Of a stretch of 64,000 bases of DNA, positions 49,610 through 57,683 are shown one piece after another. Numbering within the stretch: the first letter of the stretch is position 1; the number at the start of each line of letters is the position of its first letter. The translations under genes and the position numbers were made by a program. Source of the DNA: an uncultured Bacteroidia bacterium (GTDB lineage Bacteria; Bacteroidota; Bacteroidia; Bacteroidales; UBA932); NCBI GenBank assembly GCA_902788095.1, contig CADAIT010000011.1:1949-65948 (forward strand), written 5' to 3'. The notes under the pieces are model-generated. The model saw only the letters and a program-made list of their open reading frames with translations, was not told the DNA's origin and did not search any database.

Positions 49610-51235
49610 ATGAACAACGCAATCATCAATTTCCCGGTACCGGCCAACGAGCCGGTGAAGGCTTATCTGGAAGGCTCTCCGGAGCGCATCGCCCTGGACG
49701 CAGAGCTTAAACGCCAATACAATACGGTGGTGGATATCCCCATCATCATCGGCGGTAAGGAAATCCGTACCGGAAATACGGGCAAGGTGGTTTGTCCGCA
49801 CGACCACAAACACGTGCTGGCCACCTTCCATAAGGTAGGGGAGAAGGAGGTCCAGATGGCAATTGACGCCGCCATGGAGGCCCATAAGATCTGGAGCGAA
49901 ACGCCCTGGACCACCCGTGCCGCCATCGTCCTCAAAATGGCCGAACTCCTGGCAACCAAGTATCGTCCCATCCTGAACGCCGCCTGCATGCTGGGCCAGA
50001 GCAAGAACATCTACCAGGCCGAGATTGACAGCGCCTGCGAGACCATCGACTTCTTCCGCTACAACGTGCACTATGCCTCCACCATCTACAACATGCAGCC
50101 CAAGAATGGCGCGGGCAACATCAACCACACCGAGTTCCGTCCGCTGGAAGGCTTCATCCTGGCCGTTACTCCCTTCAACTTCACGTCCATCGCCTCCAAC
50201 CTGTGCATGACCCCGGTCCTGATGGGCAACGTGGCCCTTTGGAAACCTTCCACCACCTCCACCTTGAGCAACTACTACCTCATGCAGCTGTACAAGGAAG
50301 CCGGCCTGCCGGACGGTGTTATCAACTTCCTCCCGGGCAGCGGTTCCCTCATCGGCAAGGTGGCCACTTCTTCCAAGTGGTTCGCCGGCATCCACTTCAC
50401 CGGTTCCACCGGCACCTTCAACAGCCTGTGGCGCCAGGCCGGTGAAAACCTGGGCCATTATGTGAGCTACCCGCGCCTGGTGGGCGAGACCGGCGGCAAG
50501 GACTTCATCTTCGTCCATCCCAGCGCGGACGCCAAGGCCGTCGCCACGGCCGCTTTCTGCGGCGCCTTCGAATTCCAGGGCCAGAAATGCTCTGCAGCCT
50601 CCCGCATGTACGTTCCCAAGAGCTTGTGGCCGGAAGTGCTGGGCATCATGAAGCAATATGCATCGGAGGTGAAGATGGGCGATGTCATGGACCACTCCAA
50701 TTTCATCAACGCCGTTATCGACGAAGCCTCCTGGGACAATATCGACGGCTATATCTCCTATGCGGAGAAGGCTGCGGACGCCAAGGTGGTCCTGGGCGGC
50801 AAGCGCGACAAGAGCGTCGGCTATTTTGTGGAGCCCACCGTCATCGAAACCAGCAACCCGCATTTCAAGAGCATGGAAGAGGAAATCTTCGGCCCGGTGC
50901 TCACCGTGTACGTATATGAAGACAAGGATCTGGAAGAGGCCGTCAAGCTCTGCGACACCACCTCTCCTTACGGCCTCACCGGTGCCGTATTCGGAAAAGA
51001 CCGTCTGGCAGTGGAGAAGATAACCCACGAACTCCGTTATGCGGCGGGCAACTTCTACATCAACGACAAGCCCACCGGAGCCGTTGTGGGCAACCAGCCG
51101 TTCGGCGGCGCCCGCGCTTCCGGCACCAACGACAAAGCCGGCGGTGAGTTCAACCTTATCCGTTGGGTCATCCCCAGAGTCATCAAGGAAACCCTGGTAA
51201 GCCCTACCGACCACCGTTACACTTATATGAAATAA
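49610..51235 (+). CDS. pruA: 1-pyrroline-5-carboxylate (L-glutamate gamma-semialdehyde) dehydrogenase
   Basis: PANEPV..Y, QAEIDSACE.IDFFRYN, PFNFT, FTGST, GETGGK, FQGQKCSA, EEIFGP, QPFGGARASGTNDKAG. Confidence 0.95.
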   Translation: MNNAIINFPVPANEPVKAYLEGSPERIALDAELKRQYNTVVDIPIIIGGKEIRTGNTGKVVCPHDHKHVLATFHKVGEKEVQMAIDAAMEAHKIWSETPWTTRAAIVLKMAELLATKYRPILNAACMLGQSKNIYQAEIDSACETIDFFRYNVHYASTIYNMQPKNGAGNINHTEFRPLEGFILAVTPFNFTSIASNLCMTPVLMGNVALWKPSTTSTLSNYYLMQLYKEAGLPDGVINFLPGSGSLIGKVATSSKWFAGIHFTGSTGTFNSLWRQAGENLGHYVSYPRLVGETGGKDFIFVHPSADAKAVATAAFCGAFEFQGQKCSAASRMYVPKSLWPEVLGIMKQYASEVKMGDVMDHSNFINAVIDEASWDNIDGYISYAEKAADAKVVLGGKRDKSVGYFVEPTVIETSNPHFKSMEEEIFGPVLTVYVYEDKDLEEAVKLCDTTSPYGLTGAVFGKDRLAVEKITHELRYAAGNFYINDKPTGAVVGNQPFGGARASGTNDKAGGEFNLIRWVIPRVIKETLVSPTDHRYTYMK

Positions 51236-51238
51236 TTT

Positions 51239-52099
51239 ATGAAACGACTTATCCTTCCCGTGGTGGTGCTTGCAGCCCTTATTCTGGGCTGCAAGGGCCC
51301 CCAGAAGGCGGTGGAAGTGGACTTCGTCACCGCTTTGGGCATTCCGGAGTGTGTCATCACCACACCTCCGGATTCGCTGCATCTGGACCCTTGGTACAAA
51401 AAATACGTAGATGTGAACGGCATTCCGCTGTGCAGTTCGTGGCGTTGCCCGGACAGCGCGCTCGTGGCCGGTTACAACACCCTGTGGGCCATGACCTCCC
51501 TGCTGTCGGACGACGTGATGAATGCCCTCCGCAAGGCCGGCACCCGCGTCACCATGATGGCCCGCTATGAAGGCACTACGGATGTGCCGGAGCACGCGTA
51601 TCTGGTAAACGACACAACCCTTAACTGGGACCTGCGTGCCCGCGGCCTGGGCGGAGACCTCACATTCCCGCTCACCTCCTGCGCAGAGGAAAACGTGCTG
51701 GGGTACCAGATAGACAAATACCATGCGGAAGATATCCTCATCCACGAATTTGCCCACAGCATCCATCTGGTGGGTATCGTGCAGGTGGAACCGGACATCA
51801 ACGACCGCCTGCAGGCCTTGCTGGACAATGCCATTGAAAAGGACCTGTGGTGGAATACCTACCGCACCACGGACATCGCGGAGTACTTTGCCGAAGGCGT
51901 TCAGGACTGGTTCAACGTGAATGCGGAAATGGACCATCCGGACGGCAAGCACAACTATGTGAACACCCGCGAGGAGCTCAAGGAGCGGGATCCCGGCCTG
52001 TATGAACTCATCTCGCGCTATTTCCCCGCCACGGACCAGCAAATCTCCAAGCACAAGTACGTCAACCTTTGCACCAAGGCCAACAGCCGCACCAGATAA
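51239..52099 (+). CDS. Zinc metallopeptidase lipoprotein, anthrax-LF/Pro-Pro endopeptidase-like fold
   Basis: Lipobox ILGC; TDVPEHAYL, WD...RGLGG, IHEFAH, EYFAE, LKERDPGLY. Confidence 0.7.
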   Translation: MKRLILPVVVLAALILGCKGPQKAVEVDFVTALGIPECVITTPPDSLHLDPWYKKYVDVNGIPLCSSWRCPDSALVAGYNTLWAMTSLLSDDVMNALRKAGTRVTMMARYEGTTDVPEHAYLVNDTTLNWDLRARGLGGDLTFPLTSCAEENVLGYQIDKYHAEDILIHEFAHSIHLVGIVQVEPDINDRLQALLDNAIEKDLWWNTYRTTDIAEYFAEGVQDWFNVNAEMDHPDGKHNYVNTREELKERDPGLYELISRYFPATDQQISKHKYVNLCTKANSRTR

Positions 52100-53493
52100 T
52101 GTTCAGTAAAGAAACCTACATGTCGCGCCGTACCGCCCTCCGCGAAAAGGTGGGCGGCGGCATCCTTCTCTTCCTGGGCAACAACCAGGTGGGCATGAAC
52201 TATGAAGGCAACGAGTACGAGTTCCGCCAGGACAGCTCCTTCCTCTATTTCTGGGGCCTGGACTACGCGGGATTGTCGGCCGTCATCGATGCCGATTCCG
52301 GCGAGGAAATCATCTTCGGCGACGAACTCACCATTGACGACATCGTCTGGACCGGCACCATGCCTTCTTTGGCGGACAATGCCAGACAGGTGGGCGTGGA
52401 AAAGACCTGCCCCGTGAAGGAGCTGAAAGAGTACCTTCGGAAGGCCATGCGCCTGGGCCGGAACATCCGCTTCCTGCCCCCGTACCGCGGAGACCATTAT
52501 CTTCGCCTGATGGACCTGCTGGGCATCTTACCGGATGCGCAGGCGGTCCGTGCGGACGAGCCCCTCATCAAGGCCATCGTGGACATGCGTATCCACAAGA
52601 CCCGGGAGGAAATAGACGTGATTGAGGATGCGGTGGATGTGAGCACCCTGATGCACCTGGAGGCTTACCGCCGCGTCCGTCCGGGCGTGCACGAGTCGGA
52701 AATCGCTTCCTCCGTGCTCAAAATTGCCACAAAGCGCCCCGGCGGCCGCCTGGCCTTCCCCACCATCGCCACCATTGCCGGACAGGTACTGCACAACCAC
52801 GGTTTCATCCATACCCTGAAGGAAGGGGATATTTTCCTGCTGGACGCCGGCGCCGAGAATGCGTACCACTACTGCGGAGACCTTTCTTCCTCCATGCCGG
52901 TAGGTGAACGTTTCTCCAGCAGGCAGGAGGATATTTACAACCTGCATTTGCGCAGCTTCGACGCTGCCGTGAAGCAGCTGTATCCCGGAAACCCGTACCG
53001 CAACGCCCATTTGGCTGCGGCAGAAACCATCGCGGAAGGCATGGTGGACCTCGGCCTCATGAAAGGCAATCCGCGGGACATCGCGGAAAGCGGCGCCTAC
53101 GCCCTGGTATTCCCTTGCGGCACCGGCCACATGATGGGCCTGGACGTGCACAACATGGAGAACCTGGGCGAGCAGTATGTAGGCTATGCGGAAGGGGAGA
53201 AAAAGAGTACCCAGTTCGGTTTCAAGTCCCTTCGCCTTGCCCGTCCGCTGGAACCGGGTTTCATCTTCACCGTGGAACCGGGCATCTACTTCATTCCCGA
53301 ACTTATCGACCTGTGGAAGGCCGAGGGCCGCTTCAAGGAATTCATCAACTACGACAAGTTCGAACCGTGGAAAGGCTTCGGTGGCCTCCGCAACGAGCTG
53401 GACTATGTGATTACAGACACCGGTGCCCGTGTCCTTGGCAAACTCAAAAAGCCCATGACCCTGGAAGAAGTGTATAACGCGAAGAATCAGTAA
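52099..53493 (+). CDS. pepP: Xaa-Pro aminopeptidase (M24B)
   Basis: FRQDSSFLYFWG, LHNH, LLDAG, GDLS, GHMMGLDVH, TVEPGIYF; start MFSKETY at 52099 overlaps the upstream stop. Confidence 0.9.
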   Translation: MFSKETYMSRRTALREKVGGGILLFLGNNQVGMNYEGNEYEFRQDSSFLYFWGLDYAGLSAVIDADSGEEIIFGDELTIDDIVWTGTMPSLADNARQVGVEKTCPVKELKEYLRKAMRLGRNIRFLPPYRGDHYLRLMDLLGILPDAQAVRADEPLIKAIVDMRIHKTREEIDVIEDAVDVSTLMHLEAYRRVRPGVHESEIASSVLKIATKRPGGRLAFPTIATIAGQVLHNHGFIHTLKEGDIFLLDAGAENAYHYCGDLSSSMPVGERFSSRQEDIYNLHLRSFDAAVKQLYPGNPYRNAHLAAAETIAEGMVDLGLMKGNPRDIAESGAYALVFPCGTGHMMGLDVHNMENLGEQYVGYAEGEKKSTQFGFKSLRLARPLEPGFIFTVEPGIYFIPELIDLWKAEGRFKEFINYDKFEPWKGFGGLRNELDYVITDTGARVLGKLKKPMTLEEVYNAKNQ

Positions 53494-53501
53494 AAATAAT
53501 A

Positions 53502-55904
53502 ATGAAAAATTTTGCCATCAAGCACCCCGAAAATGACGGGGGAATGAACGAGAGAATCAAGCGTCTCAGAAAGGAAAGCCTGGAGACGCCCGCAACGCTC
53601 ACCATCGAGCGCGCTCTCATTGAAACAGCTTTCTACAAAGAGAACTATGGCAAGTACCCCATCGCGGTGCTGCGCGCCAAGAACTTCTACGAGATTTGCG
53701 CCAAAAAGACCATCTATATCGGCCCGGACGAGCTGATTGTGGGCGAACGCGGCCCCAAGCCCAAGGCGGTTCCCACTTTCCCGGAACTCACCTGCCACTC
53801 CGTGGAAGACCTCCACGTCCTGGACACCCGCGAGCTGCAGCAGTACAACATCTCTCAGGCCGACATTGACACCTACGAGAAAGAGGTCATCCCTTACTGG
53901 AAGGGAAAAACCCAGCGCGAGCGCATCTTCAACCACGTTTCCAAGGAGTGGGAAGAGGCCTACCATGCCGGTGTGTTCACCGAGTTCATGGAGCAGCGCG
54001 CCGCCGGCCACACGGCCATGGACGGCAAAATGTACCATGAAGGCCTCCTGGACGTGAAAGCCCGTATTCAGAAAGCCATGGACGCCCTGGACTTCATTTA
54101 CGACCCCGAAGCCACCGACAAGCAGCAGGAACTGGAAGCCATGTCCATCAGCTGCGACGCCGCCATCCTCTTTGCCGAGCGTCACGCTAAGCTGGCCGAG
54201 GAAATGGCCGCTTCCTGCACGGACCCTGTCCGCAAGGCCGAACTGGAGAAGATTGCCGCCACCTGCCACTGGGTTCCCGCCCACGCCCCGCGTGACCTCC
54301 AGGAAGCCATCCAGATGTACTGGTTCGTGCACCTGGGCACCGTTACGGAACTCAACGGCTGGGATTCCATGAACCCCGGTCACATAGACCAGCACCTCTA
54401 TCCTTTCTACAAGAAAGGCCTGGAGGACGGCACCCTCACCTACGAGAAAGCCAAGGAGCTCCTTTGCTGCCTCTGGATCAAGTTCAACAACCAGCCCGCT
54501 CCGCCCAAGGTAGGTATCACCGCCCGTGAGTCCGGCACCTACAACGACTTCACCAACATCAACATCGGCGGTATAGACCGTGACGGAAACTCCGGCGTGA
54601 ACCCTCTCTCCTACATGATTCTGGAAATCCAGGAAGAGCTGCACGAGCTCCAGCCCGGCCTGTCCATCCACATTGCGGAGAACACCCCCGATGAATTCCT
54701 CATCGAGGGTATCAAGGTTATCCGCCAGGGCCACGGCTATCCTTCCGTGTTCAATCCGGACACCTACGTGAAGGAACTGGTGCGCCAGGGCAAGACGCTG
54801 GAGGATGCCCGCGAAGGCGGCTGCTCCGGCTGTATCGAGGTGGGTGCCTTCGGCAAGGAAGCGTATCTGCTCACCGGTTATCTGAACACACCCAAGATTC
54901 TGGAAATCACCCTGAACAACGGTGTAGACCCTCTCACCGGCAAGAAAATCGGCCTGGAGACCGGAGACCCGCGCACCTTCACCAGCTATGAGCAGCTGTA
55001 CCAGGCCTGGCACAAGCAAATGGTGTACTTCGTGAACCTGAAGCTCAGCGTGAACAACTACATAGAGCGCATGTTCTCCCTGTATGCTCCGGCTACCTTC
55101 CTCAGCCTCTACATAGACGACTGCATCGCCAAGGGAAAGGACTACTACAGCGGCGGTGCGCGCTACAACACCACCTACATCCAGTGCACGGGCCTGGGCA
55201 CCATCACCGACTGTCTGGCCACGCTCAAGAAGCATGTCTTCGAGGACAAGCGCTACACCATGCAGCAAATGCTGGACGCTGTGGCCGACGACTGGAAGAA
55301 GGAGGAACCCATGCGCCTGTACATCCGCAACCATACGCCGTTCTTCGGCAACGACGACAAGTATGCGGACGACATTGCCGTGAAGGTGTACGATGACCTG
55401 GTGGCCGCCATCGAGGGCCGTCCCAACACGCGCGGCGGCAAGACGCAGCTCAACATGCTCTCCACCACCTGCCACAACTACTTCGGCCAGATGTGCGGCG
55501 CTTCCGTGAACGGCCGTTTCGCCCACTTTGCCATATCCGACGGTACGTCGCCTGCCCACGGCTCGGATCGCAAAGGCCCCACCTGCGTTATCCGCTCGTT
55601 GGGCAAGCTGGACCAGACCAAGAGCGGCGGTACGCTTCTGAATGTGCGATTCATCCCCGCGCTGCTCCGCCGTCAGCAGGACCTGGAGAAGTTCGGTCAG
55701 CTCATCCGCGAATACTTCCGTCTGGGCGGGCATCATATCCAGTTTAACATTGTGGATACGGAAACGCTCAAGAAAGCACAGGAAAACCCGGATGAATTCC
55801 GCGACCTGCTGGTGCGTGTGGCCGGCTACTCGGATTACTTCAACGACATGACCGCCCAGCTCCAGAACGAGATTATCGCCCGTACGGAAAACGAAGAAGT
55901 ATAA
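53502..55904 (+). CDS. hypD: trans-4-hydroxy-L-proline dehydratase (glycyl radical enzyme)
   Basis: RVAGYS Gly loop, SGCIE Cys loop; HypD-type segments FTEFMEQRA.GHT, TELN.WD, KFNNQPAPPKVGIT..ES.TY.DF, FGKEAY.LTGY, TTCH. Confidence 0.93.
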   Translation: MKNFAIKHPENDGGMNERIKRLRKESLETPATLTIERALIETAFYKENYGKYPIAVLRAKNFYEICAKKTIYIGPDELIVGERGPKPKAVPTFPELTCHSVEDLHVLDTRELQQYNISQADIDTYEKEVIPYWKGKTQRERIFNHVSKEWEEAYHAGVFTEFMEQRAAGHTAMDGKMYHEGLLDVKARIQKAMDALDFIYDPEATDKQQELEAMSISCDAAILFAERHAKLAEEMAASCTDPVRKAELEKIAATCHWVPAHAPRDLQEAIQMYWFVHLGTVTELNGWDSMNPGHIDQHLYPFYKKGLEDGTLTYEKAKELLCCLWIKFNNQPAPPKVGITARESGTYNDFTNINIGGIDRDGNSGVNPLSYMILEIQEELHELQPGLSIHIAENTPDEFLIEGIKVIRQGHGYPSVFNPDTYVKELVRQGKTLEDAREGGCSGCIEVGAFGKEAYLLTGYLNTPKILEITLNNGVDPLTGKKIGLETGDPRTFTSYEQLYQAWHKQMVYFVNLKLSVNNYIERMFSLYAPATFLSLYIDDCIAKGKDYYSGGARYNTTYIQCTGLGTITDCLATLKKHVFEDKRYTMQQMLDAVADDWKKEEPMRLYIRNHTPFFGNDDKYADDIAVKVYDDLVAAIEGRPNTRGGKTQLNMLSTTCHNYFGQMCGASVNGRFAHFAISDGTSPAHGSDRKGPTCVIRSLGKLDQTKSGGTLLNVRFIPALLRRQQDLEKFGQLIREYFRLGGHHIQFNIVDTETLKKAQENPDEFRDLLVRVAGYSDYFNDMTAQLQNEIIARTENEEV

Positions 55905-55907
55905 ATT

Positions 55908-56429
55908 ATGGAAAAGTTCCTCTCCCGTCTTGTCAAGGGATTTTTTGCTCTGCTGGGATTTGCCACTTCCTGCACCCCCGGAAGCGTACCCGAGCCCATG
56001 TACGGCCCGCCCGGCCCGGCAGAGTACGGTACTCCTTCAGCTACTTTCCGTTTTCTCGGGAAGGTAAGCGACGAGAACGAAAAGGGCATTCCGGGCATCC
56101 GCGTAGCCGTGAAGATGAGCAAGCCGTGGAATGGAGCTTACGTGGAGAAGAACGGAAAAATGGTTCCTTACGTGTGGGAGCAGGCGGATACCCTTTTCAC
56201 GGATGAAGATGGGAAATTCGCCCGGGAGTACACCATGCTCGATGATATCGCAAGCGTTCCGGAAGATGTCGTGGTGACGGCGGAGGATGTGGACGGGGAA
56301 GAGAATGGCGGCGCCTTCACCGCCCGGAAGGACATCAAGGTGGAAGTGAAGCAGGTGGACAAAGGGGACGGCCACTGGAACATGGGCACGTATGAGTCCC
56401 AGGCGGACATCAAGCTGGAGAAGGAATAG
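55908..56429 (+). CDS. Radical SAM-associated putative lipoprotein (TIGR04134-like)
   Basis: Lipobox ATSC followed by MYG..EYGTP.A.F...GKV.D....IPGIRV; DVDGEENGG.F; abuts the radical SAM gene. Confidence 0.75.
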   Translation: MEKFLSRLVKGFFALLGFATSCTPGSVPEPMYGPPGPAEYGTPSATFRFLGKVSDENEKGIPGIRVAVKMSKPWNGAYVEKNGKMVPYVWEQADTLFTDEDGKFAREYTMLDDIASVPEDVVVTAEDVDGEENGGAFTARKDIKVEVKQVDKGDGHWNMGTYESQADIKLEKE

Positions 56430-57503
56430 CTATTTCCCGTAGATTCTTTGATAGTGGCAGGTGATGAGCCTGCCATTGTCGTCTCTCAGGTGCATCCCGT
56501 TCCCTTTGCAGAATTTCCAGTATTTGCACGTGGCGCAATCGTCCTTTTTCATCCAGTCCCGTTTGCGGTAGGGGAGGAAGCCTTTTTCCCATACCTCGAC
56601 AAAATCGTCCTTGTAGATATTGCCCTGGTGGTAGTTGGCGCGGATGCTGGTACAGGCCGATATGGAGCCGTCTGACAGCACGCCGGCCACGCTTACGCCT
56701 GCATTGCAGAAGTAGAAGTTGTCCCGGACATCCCCTTCGTAATTGCCCAGGAAGCCTTCGCAGCCGTAGCTGGCCTTGATGCGGCCTTCCTTGCGCGATG
56801 CTTTGATGAACTCCATGAGGCCGCGGAATTCTTCGCGGTCAAGCTGTAGCTCCGGATCGTTGGCTGCGCGTCCGGCAGGGAACACGGTGAAAAGACGCCA
56901 CTGTTTAAGGCCGCAGCCAATGAGGAATTCCTTGATTTCCTGCAGATGCGGGTAGTTGCGCTTGTTTACGCAGGTGACTACGTCAAAGGCCAGGTCCGGG
57001 ACAGTACAGGCCATTCGGATGGCCTTTTCGGCCCGGCGGAAACTGCCCGGAACGCCCCGCATCCAGTCATGCTCGGCCTCCAGTCCGTCCAGGCTTATGG
57101 TCATGGCACGCATGCCGGCCGCCAACAGCCTGGAGAAGCGCTCCGGGGTAAGGGCGAATCCGTTGGTCACCATGCCCCAGGGGAACTCCCGCTCGTAAAA
57201 AGCCCGTCCGCACTGCTCCAGGTCCTGCCGCATGAGCGGTTCTCCGCCGGAGACCACAATCATGATGTGATGACTGTCCATACCCGCGGCCTTCACACGG
57301 TCCAGCACTTTCAGGAAATCTTCCAGGGGCATGTCTTTTTGCCCGGGCTGCAGTTTGCAGTCGCTCCCGCAGTGGCGGCAGTTCAGGTTGCAGCGCAGCG
57401 TGCTCTCCCAAAAAATTTCCCGCAAAACGTGGGCTCTGACAGCCTTGTCGGCCAGGCGCGCGTTAAGGGACAGCGCCAGATAATGTCTCAGATCCAAACC
57501 CAT
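56430..57503 (-). CDS. Radical SAM/SPASM enzyme (TIGR04133-like)
   Basis: CNLNCRHCGS, SGGEPL, C-terminal SPASM-type Cys set (CNAG..AC..C.TC..W..C.G.G). Confidence 0.85.
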   Translation of the reverse strand: MGLDLRHYLALSLNARLADKAVRAHVLREIFWESTLRCNLNCRHCGSDCKLQPGQKDMPLEDFLKVLDRVKAAGMDSHHIMIVVSGGEPLMRQDLEQCGRAFYEREFPWGMVTNGFALTPERFSRLLAAGMRAMTISLDGLEAEHDWMRGVPGSFRRAEKAIRMACTVPDLAFDVVTCVNKRNYPHLQEIKEFLIGCGLKQWRLFTVFPAGRAANDPELQLDREEFRGLMEFIKASRKEGRIKASYGCEGFLGNYEGDVRDNFYFCNAGVSVAGVLSDGSISACTSIRANYHQGNIYKDDFVEVWEKGFLPYRKRDWMKKDDCATCKYWKFCKGNGMHLRDDNGRLITCHYQRIYGK

Positions 57504-57551
57504 ATCAATTCGTTGTTTGCTTCAAAGATAATACTTATTTTTGCGATACGT

Positions 57552-57634
57552 GCCAGCTTCCCTGCATTTTTGCTCGATTTTGCTGGCGTCGTGGCCCGGG
57601 TGAGCCAGCTGCCCGTCAAAATCGGCCCAAAATG
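57552..57634. repeat. Degenerate 52-bp repeat unit followed by an inverted core (hairpin)
   Basis: GCCAG at 57552 and 57604; AAAATCGGCCCAAAATG is the reverse complement of the repeat core CATTTTGGGCCGATTTT. Confidence 0.7.
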
Positions 57635-57683
57635 CTGGGGACGTGGTTTATAATCGTCGTGGTTTATAATGTCGTGCGTAATG

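Noticed and set aside
53502-55904. GRE as pyruvate formate-lyase or choline TMA-lyase
   Set aside because: It has SGCIE rather than the PFL CC pair, and its active-site segments match HypD
49610-55904. Collagen/gelatin as the main substrate of the locus
   Set aside because: It would explain hypD and the Pro peptidases but not the co-regulated beta- and alpha-arabinofuranosidases and GH27; not excluded as a secondary Hyp source
56430-57503. Radical SAM gene as the HypD activase
   Set aside because: It has a C-terminal SPASM-type Cys set and a lipoprotein partner, lacks PflA-type features (N-terminal DGPG.R, CxxxCxxCxNPE) and is convergent to hypD
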